Of a DNA stretch of 32,000 nt, positions 7,445-16,985 are shown piece by piece (the stretch's first letter is position 1; the number at the start of each line of letters is the position of its first letter). The notes under the pieces were generated by a model, which did not search any database, was not told the origin of the DNA, and saw only the letters and a list, made by a program, of their open reading frames with translations. The DNA comes from Desulfotalea psychrophila LSv54 (GTDB lineage Bacteria; Desulfobacterota; Desulfobulbia; Desulfobulbales; Desulfocapsaceae), in the NCBI RefSeq assembly GCF_000025945.1, contig NC_006138.1, forward strand, positions 1,620,001 through 1,652,000, read 5' to 3'. The position numbers and the translations under genes are program-made.

Positions 7445-8005
7445 TTGATTATAACAGTGAAAAATAGTGGTGGGTTCACCTTGATTGAACTGGTTGCGGT
7501 AATGATTATTATCTCCGTTTTGGCCATGTTTGCCATTCCCAGCGTTATGGAGGCCCTACCCAATTATCGTCTGAAATCTGCCGTCAACGAGCTTCGGGCT
7601 AGCCTGCAACAGGCCCGAGGAGTGGCGGTGCGTGAAAATGGTTCGGTGGCTTTTTCCGTGGGGCCCATGGATCTTTCAGAAGACGGCATGGATTTTTCTT
7701 TTATAGAGAACGAGGGGCCTAAAAAGCATGGGGCTGATTTTGCTAACTATGGCTCGACGGGGTATGGCCTTGCTCAGGTGAAAAAGGATTGGGATGGTAA
7801 TATTGCGGTTCAGGTCTCTTTACCTCACACTATCACTTTCACCAGTAGGGGCACGGCTGATCCTGCCACAGTATATCTGGATAACGGTTTTGGCCAAGAG
7901 AAGAACAATCTCTGTTATGCGGTGGAGGTTCTGACAACGGGCTTTATCAGGGTGCATAAGTATGTTCCCTGTCCTGCGGCCGACAAAACCTGTTGGGCGA
8001 AATAG
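7445..8005 (+). CDS. GspH/FimT/FimU-family minor pilin
   Basis: KNSGG|FTLIELVAVMIIISVLA followed by PNYRLKSAVNELRASLQQAR, as is typical of GspH/FimT. The start could be TTG 7445 or GTG 7457. Confidence 0.75.
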   Translation: MIITVKNSGGFTLIELVAVMIIISVLAMFAIPSVMEALPNYRLKSAVNELRASLQQARGVAVRENGSVAFSVGPMDLSEDGMDFSFIENEGPKKHGADFANYGSTGYGLAQVKKDWDGNIAVQVSLPHTITFTSRGTADPATVYLDNGFGQEKNNLCYAVEVLTTGFIRVHKYVPCPAADKTCWAK

Positions 8006-8008
8006 TCT

Positions 8009-8698
8009 ATGCTAAGCAATAAAAGAGGATTGACCCTGGTCGAATTGATGGTGGTGCTGGTACTTTCCATGATTGTCACTGGCCTAATGTACAGCCTCTA
8101 CAGGGTACAGACAGTCTCTGCCGAGGTGCAGACCAATATTGCTGAAATGCAGCAGGCGCTTCGTACCTCCGTTGACAGCCTAAGCCGTGAACTGCGGATG
8201 GTTGGCTATGATCCAACTGCTCAAGGTGGCTTTGGTGTAAAGGCCGTTTCCGAGGTGAATGGCGTGTCACTAGGGACTGGAAATTACATAGATAAGGCTG
8301 CAATGGATAAGGCGAAGAGGACAGATACTCTTCGTTTTCTCACTTATAGCTACGCTGATAGCCTTGGCAATGACAGGATTGAGCTTTATGACAAAGATGA
8401 TGGAGTATTTAAACTACATCTCATCGATGCTGGTGCAGCCGTCATTGAAGAGGTGGAGTATTTAGAGTTGTACTACCGTCTTGCCGATGGAACTAAAACC
8501 CTGACACCTACGAATTTAGCTCATATCCGTGCTGTGGAGGTCTCCCTGCTTGTTCGCTCCTCTCGACAATCGTCAGACTATATCAATACTACTGAGTATA
8601 TAACGGCATCCGGTGAAGAATGGAAACCTTCTGGCGACGACCGCTATCGACGTAGATTTGTACGAAAAATAATAAAGTTGCGCAATATGGGCCTCTAG
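8009..8698 (+). CDS. pilW: PilW-like minor pilin
   Basis: NKRG|LTLVELMVVLVLS, then a long helix ending in LSRELRMVGYDP, the PilW-type signature. Confidence 0.7.
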   Translation: MLSNKRGLTLVELMVVLVLSMIVTGLMYSLYRVQTVSAEVQTNIAEMQQALRTSVDSLSRELRMVGYDPTAQGGFGVKAVSEVNGVSLGTGNYIDKAAMDKAKRTDTLRFLTYSYADSLGNDRIELYDKDDGVFKLHLIDAGAAVIEEVEYLELYYRLADGTKTLTPTNLAHIRAVEVSLLVRSSRQSSDYINTTEYITASGEEWKPSGDDRYRRRFVRKIIKLRNMGL

Positions 8699-8706
8699 GA
8701 GGGAAT

Positions 8707-9174
8707 ATGAGATTATTAAATGAGCAGTCTGGCTTTACCCTCATTGAGGTCCTGATGGCGATTCTGATACTCTCCGTTGGCCTTATCTCTTTGAACTTTA
8801 TGCAGGTGAGTTCCGTCAAGGGCAATGCCGATGCCATTGGCCTCTCTACCATGTCCTGGCTTGCCTCCAGTGAGATTGAAGGGCTGATGGATGAGGGCTA
8901 TACTGCCGTGGTTGCTTTGGATAAGGGAGGGGCGGGGGCCGGTGCTGCTGGTCTGGATGATGGTCCTTCTTTAGTCGATTCAGATGTCTCTGCAGCGACT
9001 GCGGATAGGACGGATACTAAAACTCATTCTGGTTACAGCATTTATACGAATGTTGCCGATAATTCCCCGGTCAATGGGGCGGTGGCCATTCGGGTGATTG
9101 TGGTTCGTGCCCGTGATAATAAGTTCGTAAAGTATGATTCCTTTATGACTGATTTTGTCAAAGGAGGGCAGTGA
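8707..9174 (+). CDS. pilV: PilV-like minor pilin
   Basis: NEQSG|FTLIEVLMAILILSVGLISL, the PilV-type N-terminus. Its TGA stop overlaps the next start (GTGA). Confidence 0.7.
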   Translation: MRLLNEQSGFTLIEVLMAILILSVGLISLNFMQVSSVKGNADAIGLSTMSWLASSEIEGLMDEGYTAVVALDKGGAGAGAAGLDDGPSLVDSDVSAATADRTDTKTHSGYSIYTNVADNSPVNGAVAIRVIVVRARDNKFVKYDSFMTDFVKGGQ

Positions 9175-9662
9175 AACCTTTAGCGAAAAAGAGAGAGGAA
9201 GGCTTTGTTTTGGTCCTTGGCCTGATCCTGATGTTGGTCCTTACCTTGGTCGGTACCCTGGCTACCAGAACGGCTGTTATGGAACTGCAAATTGCTGGAA
9301 ATGAACGTCAGGCAAGTCAGGAGTTCTACGTTGCAGACAGTGTTTGGCAGCTTGGTGGTCTGTGGTTAGGCAAGAGATCAACCCCCCCTGATTGGGTCAA
9401 TGTGTCTACTCCATTGAGTAATATTGTCAGAAATTATGGTGACGGTGGTGATGGTGTATCACACGAAGATTTTACTGATGCCAGTAAAGACGGTAGTTCT
9501 TTAGAGATTCCGTATTGGTATAGAATTAAAGATACTGGAAGTACTAAGGTCGCGGGATACGGTAAGGGATACAAGAGATTTCATTATGAGATAGATGCTG
9601 TAGCAGGTGGGCGAGCTCATGTTAGCACTCGAGTAAATAAGGTCTATAAGGTTGACTATTAA
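9171..9662 (+). CDS. pilX: PilX-like minor pilin (PilX_N-type N-terminus)
   Basis: EEGFVLVLGLILMLVLTLVGTLATRTAVMELQIAGNERQASQEFYVADS resembles the PilX N-terminal domain. Its position between pilV and pilY1 fits. Confidence 0.65.
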   Translation: MKPLAKKREEGFVLVLGLILMLVLTLVGTLATRTAVMELQIAGNERQASQEFYVADSVWQLGGLWLGKRSTPPDWVNVSTPLSNIVRNYGDGGDGVSHEDFTDASKDGSSLEIPYWYRIKDTGSTKVAGYGKGYKRFHYEIDAVAGGRAHVSTRVNKVYKVDY

Positions 9663-9684
9663 GTAATTGTTTTTAGCGGTGGAT

Positions 9685-11193
9685 ATGGAAAATAATACAG
9701 TTAGGCTTTTCCCGTGGATGATTATTTTGCTTTTAGTTGGAATGCTATTCCATGTTGATTCGGTGGTGCAGGCCGCCTGTGTGATTGATCCCACAGGAAC
9801 TTATATTGAGGCGGAAAATTATACGGGTGAAGGTGGGCATAGTGATGATCACGATGAAAATTTTTCCTTAAAGAGTGATGGTAGTGCCCATGGTGGCCTC
9901 GCCCTGGTTGCTGGTAGTGATGATTCAACTCGAACGCCACCACGGCGGGAAATAAAAGAGTATGAGGTGGAGATCTCAACTGCTGGTACCTACTACTTCT
10001 GGATGAGAGGGGAGGGGTACAGTGGCTCAAGAGATTCTATGTTTTATACCGTTGATGATTCATCGTGGAGGGCCTGGAATTTTGCTGGACACTATTATAG
10101 GTATGTATGGACAAGGTCTATGCAGGTTGGCTCCAACGGAATCTATCTCAGTGCTGGCAGCCATACAATTAAAATAGCAATGCGAGAACATTATACCCGT
10201 ATAGATGGTTTTTTCTTAAGTACGAATCGCTATACGTCCCCAAGTTTTGCCAACATTTTGGATCCGACCAGCTGTCAGGATAGCGGGGGCACACTTCCTC
10301 CTGCCGATGGCACCTGTGGTGATGTGCCCATTTATACGCAGAATCTCTTGAGTCCTGCCATCATGGTCCAGCTTGATCTTTCCGGGAGTATGGACAGTTC
10401 AATGTTCTCGGGTTCTAAGTTTTTGAGTTCTGATTTGGCGCCCATTGTCCAGGAGATTGTTGATTTAACAGGCTGGGTATCCGGCCATAATATTGCCTTT
10501 AGGGTGAGGGGAACCGGTGACCGACAGGCCTACTCTTATAGGGGCAGTTCAGTTGGTGCTCCCGTTCTTACCATTAAATATATCCCCATTGGTGGCGTCG
10601 ATGAGGTAACTTTTACGAAAAAGATATTAGCAGATGCAGACGATAATCAGGTCTATAATGGTTCATTTGTCAATAATTATTATGGCCTATATTTTGGTGC
10701 AAAGGGTCCCGTAGGTCTTCTCTTTAAAAATATTAACATCCCTTCCGGTGCAGAAATCACCAGTGCCGAGATCCTCTTTACGTACAGAGGTTCCGACGAT
10801 ATAAGTCGAGTTGCCACCCTCGATATTGAAGGCTTTAAAGAGCCAAATGTATCATCGATTACAGAGACGATGCTTGAATCTGATACTGGCCTTACCCTGG
10901 CAAATGCATCCCTGAATTATACCCGGCTTGATTATGCCGTTGCCGTTTTGGCAGAGGTCTTTAAGGATGACGCAATTGCCTGGGGCTTTGCAACCTGGGC
11001 AGGTGGTAATGGGAGCTCTTCTGATACTGGTAGTCCCGACTACTACAGCAAATATAAGGTGGGGGTAAAGGCACATTCAGAGGTGCATCAGGGACATTTA
11101 GAGACGGCATTGGCCAGTACAGATGCCTATGGATGGACTCCGCTCACTCCAAGCATGAATGCTGCTATGATTACTTTACAGCAAGGCGCTTAG
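9685..11193 (+). CDS. pilY1: PilY1-like tip adhesin, N-terminal fragment (signal peptide, carbohydrate-binding-like module, first half of the vWA domain); fragment 1 of 2, ends at a frameshift
   Basis: MENNTVRLFPWMIILLLVGMLFHVDSVVQA is a signal peptide. A module runs from IEAENY to REHYTRIDGFFLS. The vWA MIDAS loop is MVQLDLSGSM, and the ORF ends inside the vWA motif GWTPLTPSMNAA. Confidence 0.75.
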   Translation: MENNTVRLFPWMIILLLVGMLFHVDSVVQAACVIDPTGTYIEAENYTGEGGHSDDHDENFSLKSDGSAHGGLALVAGSDDSTRTPPRREIKEYEVEISTAGTYYFWMRGEGYSGSRDSMFYTVDDSSWRAWNFAGHYYRYVWTRSMQVGSNGIYLSAGSHTIKIAMREHYTRIDGFFLSTNRYTSPSFANILDPTSCQDSGGTLPPADGTCGDVPIYTQNLLSPAIMVQLDLSGSMDSSMFSGSKFLSSDLAPIVQEIVDLTGWVSGHNIAFRVRGTGDRQAYSYRGSSVGAPVLTIKYIPIGGVDEVTFTKKILADADDNQVYNGSFVNNYYGLYFGAKGPVGLLFKNINIPSGAEITSAEILFTYRGSDDISRVATLDIEGFKEPNVSSITETMLESDTGLTLANASLNYTRLDYAVAVLAEVFKDDAIAWGFATWAGGNGSSSDTGSPDYYSKYKVGVKAHSEVHQGHLETALASTDAYGWTPLTPSMNAAMITLQQGA

Positions 11194-13382
11194 ATGAGAC
11201 CTACAGTTTGAAATATGCTCAGGTGTCCTGTCAGGCGAAGGTTCTTGTTATTGTTACCGATGGCATAGGTAATACAGGTACTACGACTACTAATGCAGGG
11301 ACTGCTACTGATAGATTGATAAATGCAGGTGTTTCTGTTGTTGCCCTTGGCTTTGGTTTAGATAATGCGACGCAACTTGATAAAATAGCGGAAATAGCTC
11401 AACGCGCCGGGAAAATTTCAGATACAGATAAGCTCTATGCCCTCCATGATGATGCGGGCGGGAAGGGCGTACCATTTCTGGCCGATTCCCCCGATGAATT
11501 TTTAGCAGCGATGAAATCCATTATCAGCAGTGTCAAATTGCAGTTGTATAATGGTGTCTCTCCGGCCCCAACCACCTCGGTTAAAGATGAACAAATTTTA
11601 GTGACTGCCACATTTAACCCAGCAAAGTGGACGGGAGATGTTGTGGCCAATAAATTTGACGGAGAAACGGGGAAGCTGGGAGAGATATTGTGGAGGGCAA
11701 GTGATGTTTATGCCTCTGCGGGGAGCCCGGATTTCGCTGATTGCTTTGTTTATGAGAAGGCGACAACCAGTGTGGTGAATTATGGTACTACAACTCTGGA
11801 TAAAGATAATTATCTCTGCAAAAATTTGGGAGATATTATTAATTCAACACCCAAGATTGTAGGAGCTCCTCCCTATTATTATGATTTTGATGACTATGAA
11901 GATTTTAACCGCAATACATCCGTTACTGGCCGAGATACCCTTGTTTATGTGAATTCAAATGACGGAGCCCTGCACTCTTTTTTACTTGCTCCGGGAACGA
12001 GCCGTGCCAGTACAGATACAACGCCTCTGGGGAAAGAGCTATGGCGATTTTATCCAGATAGTGTAAGGGAAAAACTTAATACAGATATGTGTTCTGCTGC
12101 ATACTGTCATGAGTATATCAATGATGGCCCTCCCCGAGTTGGAGATATTTATAAGGCAGATTTGTCAGGCAGTAAATGGCGGACTGTGCTGGCGGCTGGT
12201 ATTGGCAGAGGTGGCGCTGGCTTCTATTCTTTAGATGTTACATATGGAAAAGGTCTCGGTGGAGGAGTAAATGATACCTCTTTCCTGTGGGAGTTTACCA
12301 GTGTCGATGATAGTGAACTGGGGTTGGCTACAGCTTTGCCTGAGATTGAGAGAGTTGCTGATGATGCAGTTGCTAACAAAGCTTCGTGGCTGACATTTTT
12401 TGGCTCCGGCCGAGCTGTTAAGGCAGATGAACAGGCCAGTAAGCAGGCGTATCTGTTTGCTGTTAATTCGTGGACAGGGGCTTCTGTGTGGGGCGGCGAT
12501 AATAATACGAATAAGATCAAAATTGGTACAGCAGACCCGGCTGATGATAGTCAGTTGCTTAAAAACGATATTCCCTCTTCTCCTTTGGTTGTTGATGTCG
12601 ATGATGATAACAAGGCTGACAGGGTATATTTGGGTAATTTATACGGTGAAATTTTTAGAATTGCAGATATTTCAGTTGGCGATTCTCCACGGGTAAGCCG
12701 CCTTTTTGAATCTGGTCATACAGATCGATTGTCACCTATTATTACAAAACCTGCCTTCGCCTTTGATTCTGATACAGGCAGCAGCCTGTGGGTGTATGCT
12801 GGTACTGGAAAGTACGAAGATCAAGCAGATAAGGTGTCTTCAGACCAACAGTATATGCTTGGTCTTCTGGATGAGGGCGCTTCTCTGAGAAAGATGAGTG
12901 AAATAACAACCTGTGATGCGGGATTTGTTACAGCTGCAGATAGTAGTGCTGAGTATAGAACAGTAGGAAATTGTGTAACTGGTGCAGGTGGTGCAGGTTC
13001 ATGGGCCTTGAAGCTTATGAATTCTGAGAGCAGTGCAAGTGAGCGTTCCTTGTCACAGCCTTTGGTGGTCGGCGGTGTTGTCTTTTTTACTACCTTTGTC
13101 CCTGATGCAGATGTCTGTGGGGGAAGCGGTGATGCATATTTATTTGCCCTTGATTGGAAGACAGGAGCTGCCCCAACGGAGCATATATTTGTAGATTTTC
13201 CACAAACTGTTGGCAGCAGTGCAGTCGCTGGTTTGTATCTTGGTAAAGGTGTTCCTTTTCAGCCTGTGCTGCATGGGGATGTGCTTTTTGCAGGAACTAC
13301 AGAGCAACCACCCACTCCTTATAAGGTTAATTTGAAAAAGTCAAAAATAGAGCTGAAGTCTTGGAGACAGGACTTTAATTAG
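11133..13382 (+). CDS. pilY1: PilY1-like tip adhesin, C-terminal fragment (rest of vWA plus the PilY1/PilC beta-propeller); fragment 2 of 2
   Basis: The vWA continues (DYFTARR, KVLVIVTDGIGNTG). PilY1 hallmarks follow: LGDIINSTPKIVGAPP, LVYVNSNDGALHSF, and the Ca-binding-type loop DVDDDNKAD (12594-12620). Confidence 0.8.
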   Translation: MDSAHSKHECCYDYFTARRLDETYSLKYAQVSCQAKVLVIVTDGIGNTGTTTTNAGTATDRLINAGVSVVALGFGLDNATQLDKIAEIAQRAGKISDTDKLYALHDDAGGKGVPFLADSPDEFLAAMKSIISSVKLQLYNGVSPAPTTSVKDEQILVTATFNPAKWTGDVVANKFDGETGKLGEILWRASDVYASAGSPDFADCFVYEKATTSVVNYGTTTLDKDNYLCKNLGDIINSTPKIVGAPPYYYDFDDYEDFNRNTSVTGRDTLVYVNSNDGALHSFLLAPGTSRASTDTTPLGKELWRFYPDSVREKLNTDMCSAAYCHEYINDGPPRVGDIYKADLSGSKWRTVLAAGIGRGGAGFYSLDVTYGKGLGGGVNDTSFLWEFTSVDDSELGLATALPEIERVADDAVANKASWLTFFGSGRAVKADEQASKQAYLFAVNSWTGASVWGGDNNTNKIKIGTADPADDSQLLKNDIPSSPLVVDVDDDNKADRVYLGNLYGEIFRIADISVGDSPRVSRLFESGHTDRLSPIITKPAFAFDSDTGSSLWVYAGTGKYEDQADKVSSDQQYMLGLLDEGASLRKMSEITTCDAGFVTAADSSAEYRTVGNCVTGAGGAGSWALKLMNSESSASERSLSQPLVVGGVVFFTTFVPDADVCGGSGDAYLFALDWKTGAAPTEHIFVDFPQTVGSSAVAGLYLGKGVPFQPVLHGDVLFAGTTEQPPTPYKVNLKKSKIELKSWRQDFN

Positions 13383-13427
13383 AATAAAAACTATTGGTTA
13401 ACCAGTTGTCTACAGGGTAGGTGTAGT

Positions 13428-13889
13428 ATGAAAATGCTAAGGGTATTGTTTTTAGGGTTTGTTTGTTATTCTTTTACCTTACAAACTGGATTTGCTCAAA
13501 ATACAAAGCAGGAGATGGTCGATCTTCTTGTCGATAGCTCCGGAGGAGAACAAAGGGAAATGGTTGGCTTGGTATCTGAGTATACCCCCGGAGGTTCGCT
13601 TATATTGGTGGCAGATCAGCTTCTCAGTGTGCCCTCTGTAATATTTCGTAAAAATTTGGCAGGACAGTATTTAGAGGAGCCAATAAAAAATCTTGCTGTT
13701 GGCCAAGGTGTGCAGGCTATTGTCAGTAAAAAAGTTACTGAAGGTGTTCAGGAAACTGTTGTGCTGGCAATAGTTGAAGATATTGCTCAATCGGAAGGGC
13801 CTGCAGAACCTGCTGATGTTCTTGATAACAAAAAGGGGAAGCGTGTAGAAAGGCTCAGGTTGGAAAATGGTGTTTGGCTGAATGAGTAG
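13428..13889 (+). CDS. hypothetical secreted protein, last gene of the plus-strand operon
   Basis: 153-aa ORF with a signal peptide (MKMLRVLFLGFVCYSFTLQTGFAQ). I recognise no family. Confidence 0.55.
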   Translation: MKMLRVLFLGFVCYSFTLQTGFAQNTKQEMVDLLVDSSGGEQREMVGLVSEYTPGGSLILVADQLLSVPSVIFRKNLAGQYLEEPIKNLAVGQGVQAIVSKKVTEGVQETVVLAIVEDIAQSEGPAEPADVLDNKKGKRVERLRLENGVWLNE

Positions 13890-13890
13890 A

Positions 13891-13919
13891 GGAGATGGAA
13901 AGAATTTCTCCTATTTTTT
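13891..13919 (+). terminator. weak candidate intrinsic terminator
   Basis: GGAGA-11 nt-TCTCC followed by tatttttta, directly after the stop at 13889. Confidence 0.3.
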
Positions 13920-14064
13920 AGCTCCCCGTACAGTACGCTTGTCTGGTTTTTTTTTGTGCTTTTGTTGAGGCAATAGGGTCGCGTGATTTGCCAAGGGGAA
14001 AGCCATGTATCCCTATCGCCTGAGATGGATAATTATCTGAATCCCTGCTGGCATGGCCGTTAGG

Positions 14065-14523
14065 CTATTTACAGTCTACCCCCCGGCTGGGGGTGCTGCT
14101 CTTGCAGCCTGTACCGGTGAGGGACCACTCTGTGTAGCCCTTGCTGGTGGTCGGGGTATAGATGAAGTTTAGTTGAGTGCCGGCTGTGTCGGTGACGGTG
14201 GTGGTGATTGAGATAACGCCCTTAACTGTTGCGAGTTTATCCACATACGAGACCGTTGCCCCATCATCCCCTGTGGCAATATCTGCCGGAATAAGGGGGA
14301 CTGTGGCATTGTCGCAGTTGGTTGGCGCTCCCCTGTCCTGGATACACTGTTCAACGGCAACCTGCCAGGATGTGATATTGGATAAAACCCCGCCCAACTT
14401 GCTTCTTGCCACATAGTTAGTGTACTGAGGGACGGCAACGGCCGCAAGGATACCGACGATCGCTATAACGATCATAAGCTCAATAAGGGTAAATCCCCTC
14501 TCTGCTTTAAGAGAACTTTGCAT
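14065..14523 (-). CDS. type IVa pilin (third major-pilin-like gene), last gene of the minus-strand minor-pilin operon
   Basis: [10 protein letters not shown]|[24 protein letters not shown], with a C-terminal Cys pair [14 protein letters not shown]. Only 37 nt separate it from the upstream PilX-like gene. Confidence 0.9.
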   Translation of the reverse strand: MQSSLKAERGFTLIELMIVIAIVGILAAVAVPQYTNYVARSKLGGVLSNITSWQVAVEQCIQDRGAPTNCDNATVPLIPADIATGDDGATVSYVDKLATVKGVISITTTVTDTAGTQLNFIYTPTTSKGYTEWSLTGTGCKSSTPSRGVDCK

Positions 14524-14560
14524 GGACTTCTCCTGAGTGAAATTTTTTGTCCTTTAGGTA

Positions 14561-15094
14561 TTATTCGACCCAACCGTCCGGAATGAATTCTGTTTTATAA
14601 ATTATATCAATAATGGCCTGCTCGGGAGCCTTGGTTGAGAGTGATTGTTCATTTTCTGCGTAGACAGTAATTGCCTGCAGGCTGGTGACTTTTTCTAGCT
14701 GGGTGCCTGCCTGGGGGCCGGTATCAGGAATTTGGAACGCTGAAAGATTATTTGCGCCTCTATAGTAGGCATAAAGGCTTGTGCAATCGGCCTTTCCCAG
14801 GGCGGTGCAGAGGCCTAGGGGGATGTCTATTTTGGATGCCGTCGGGGTGCTGGGGCTTGTTGAACAGGTCATTCCCCCATTGCAGGTGAGGCTGTCGTCG
14901 CCCATTTTGGCCATCAAAAAATTGCCGGTTCCCCGGGCTATTTGCAGCTCTTGGTTATAGGAGTTCATCTGGTGGGTGCTTACCGTGGAACTTTTTATTA
15001 TGTGCCACATCACCGCCACCAGCATAATCCCGATTAGCCCCAGGGAAAGGGCTGTCACAAGTACCGTGCCTCTTTGGTTATTGACTGTTTTCAT
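14561..15094 (-). CDS. pilX: PilX-like minor pilin
   Basis: MKTVNNQRGTVLVTALSLGLIGIMLVAVMWHII is a PilX_N-like hydrophobic N-terminus. ATG 15094 sits 1 nt after the upstream stop; the track start 15112 is less likely. Confidence 0.6.
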   Translation of the reverse strand: MKTVNNQRGTVLVTALSLGLIGIMLVAVMWHIIKSSTVSTHQMNSYNQELQIARGTGNFLMAKMGDDSLTCNGGMTCSTSPSTPTASKIDIPLGLCTALGKADCTSLYAYYRGANNLSAFQIPDTGPQAGTQLEKVTSLQAITVYAENEQSLSTKAPEQAIIDIIYKTEFIPDGWVE

Positions 15095-15095
15095 A

Positions 15096-16082
15096 TTAAA
15101 ACCCTTTGGCAAAGGCCGTTATCTTTAAGACCTTCCACTGGTATCTCTTGAACTCCTCTATCTCGTCGCCAGTGGTAAAAAGTGTCTGGAACTGGACGGC
15201 CTCTCCATCAATGCTAAAGCTTATCTTGCCGTCGCCTAGACTGGGGCTTGGCCCACCATAGGTGTAGGTCTCGTCTTTTTTGCCAATTTGGGCCAGGATA
15301 TAGACGGTGCTGGTCTTGAGCTTATTGCGAACTGTGAGGGTGGAGCCTGTCTCGGCAGCCGGGATATCAGTAGTCTTGCTGGGATCAAGGTTTGTTTCGT
15401 CCGCCTCAACTGTTCCGTCGTCGTCTTTATCCCAGTCAACGCGGATGGCGAAATCGGCAATGCAGGTGAAGAGAGGAGTATCGTTTCGCAGTATGTTTCT
15501 GGTATTTGCCGCACAGGAGTCTATGGGTTGGCTGGCGCTGAGCCTATACTCTGTCTGGGTGCAGGGCTGGTTGCTACTGCTGCCGCAGCTGGTGGCCCCG
15601 TTTGCATAGGGATAGACGATATATATGTTATTGCCACTGCAGCCTGTGGTGGTAATATCCTCGTTGTAGATAGAGTCTTTGTCGATAAGGATGGAGTTTT
15701 GAGAATCATTGTCTCGCTGTTCAATATCAAGGGAGAAGCTACCACTCGAACAGGAACCTGTTGCCCAACCCATGGTTGCGCTATTGGTGTTACTGAGGGT
15801 GGAGTGAATCAAAAGGCTACTGCCATCCCAGAAAACAGGGGGAATGTCATTTATGGTGGCTGTTGAGTCTATGTAGGTGGCAATGCCTGTGCCTGCATGT
15901 TCCAAATCCAGACGTAAGAGCTCATTGGCAGAGAGATTGTCTCCTCTTGTCTGGCTGGCGGCCGTGCTACTCTTGACATTATGCGATATCCGTTGAAAAC
16001 TCTTGGTGGTGAAGAGGAGGAGGAGGAGCATGATGGTCATGGCCACGAGGAACTCAATCAGGGTAAAGCCGTCTCTTTTCAT
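15096..16082 (-). CDS. pilW: PilW-like minor pilin
   Basis: MKRDG|FTLIEFLVAMTIMLL, then LSANELLRLDLEHAGTG. ATGA start/stop overlap with the upstream gene. Confidence 0.7.
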   Translation of the reverse strand: MKRDGFTLIEFLVAMTIMLLLLLFTTKSFQRISHNVKSSTAASQTRGDNLSANELLRLDLEHAGTGIATYIDSTATINDIPPVFWDGSSLLIHSTLSNTNSATMGWATGSCSSGSFSLDIEQRDNDSQNSILIDKDSIYNEDITTTGCSGNNIYIVYPYANGATSCGSSSNQPCTQTEYRLSASQPIDSCAANTRNILRNDTPLFTCIADFAIRVDWDKDDDGTVEADETNLDPSKTTDIPAAETGSTLTVRNKLKTSTVYILAQIGKKDETYTYGGPSPSLGDGKISFSIDGEAVQFQTLFTTGDEIEEFKRYQWKVLKITAFAKGF

Positions 16083-16492
16083 ATGTCAGCCCGTATGGTT
16101 GTGGTTGTGTAGGACTCCTCGGGGCCATCATCTAGCACCTTCCATTTAACGGTAATGTTTACCAGTTTACCATAGGTGCCAATACCTGCCGGCTCCGATA
16201 CCGCCTGGTCTACGTTGAATGTTTTTTGACTGTCGCCAAAGAAACGGGCCAGGCTGGTGTTGGTTGTGCCGAGATTAAGGGCGGCAAAGGCCGTGTTGCT
16301 GATATTGGCAACCTGCAGTTGGGCAATCTGCTTGGCCTCGTTTTGATACTGTTGGCGTGCAGAATGTTGAAAGGTACGAATAAGCCCTGTAAGTGTGCCA
16401 AGCGACATTATGAGGAGGAGGAGAAGGGCCACCATTACCTCAACGAGGGTAAAACCCCTCTCTCTATTCTGCTGTGCAGGATGTTCCATCAT
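16079..16492 (-). CDS. pilV: PilV-like minor pilin
   Basis: QQNRERG|FTLVEVMVALLLLLIMSLGTL; small at 137 aa. Confidence 0.7.
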   Translation of the reverse strand: MMEHPAQQNRERGFTLVEVMVALLLLLIMSLGTLTGLIRTFQHSARQQYQNEAKQIAQLQVANISNTAFAALNLGTTNTSLARFFGDSQKTFNVDQAVSEPAGIGTYGKLVNITVKWKVLDDGPEESYTTTTIRADI

Positions 16493-16985
16493 ACTTTCCC
16501 TGACGAACGCGAATGTTATTTATTGTTATGCAGTCACCAGTGGCTGCGGGGTTGGACAGTGCTGTTTCCCTATTGTCTGCCAGCAGGCGGATATGACCAT
16601 TAGCGAGGTTTCCTCGACTGGTAATTGAAAAGCTGTCGCTACCGTAGTTGCTGGCGTAGATATAGTTAAGTACCACCTCTTTTTGGGTATCCGTGCCAGT
16701 GCCTGCATCATCCCACCGGGAGACAATGGTTGTATGCTTGTCGCCGCTAGTCCCCTCTTTTAGAAGAGAGACTGTCACCTCCTGTTTGTGGGTAAAGGCC
16801 CAAACCCGGCCGGCCTTAATGAATCTCGTTATTTTGCTAAGATCGTTTTCTATATTCTTGGCCTGGGTCATCTTTTGGTAACTGGCAAGGGAGAAGGTTG
16901 CCATTATGCCCACCAGGACAATGACTATCATCAGTTCCAGCAGGGTAAAACCCCTCTCCCTGTTTCTGCTTAGCGTTCTTGCCAT
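16464..16985 (-). CDS. GspH/FimT/FimU-family minor pilin
   Basis: SRNRERG|FTLLELMIVIVLVGIMATFSL, then NDLSKITRFIKAGRVWA as in GspH/FimT. Confidence 0.7.
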   Translation of the reverse strand: MARTLSRNRERGFTLLELMIVIVLVGIMATFSLASYQKMTQAKNIENDLSKITRFIKAGRVWAFTHKQEVTVSLLKEGTSGDKHTTIVSRWDDAGTGTDTQKEVVLNYIYASNYGSDSFSITSRGNLANGHIRLLADNRETALSNPAATGDCITINNIRVRQGKYDGTSCTAE

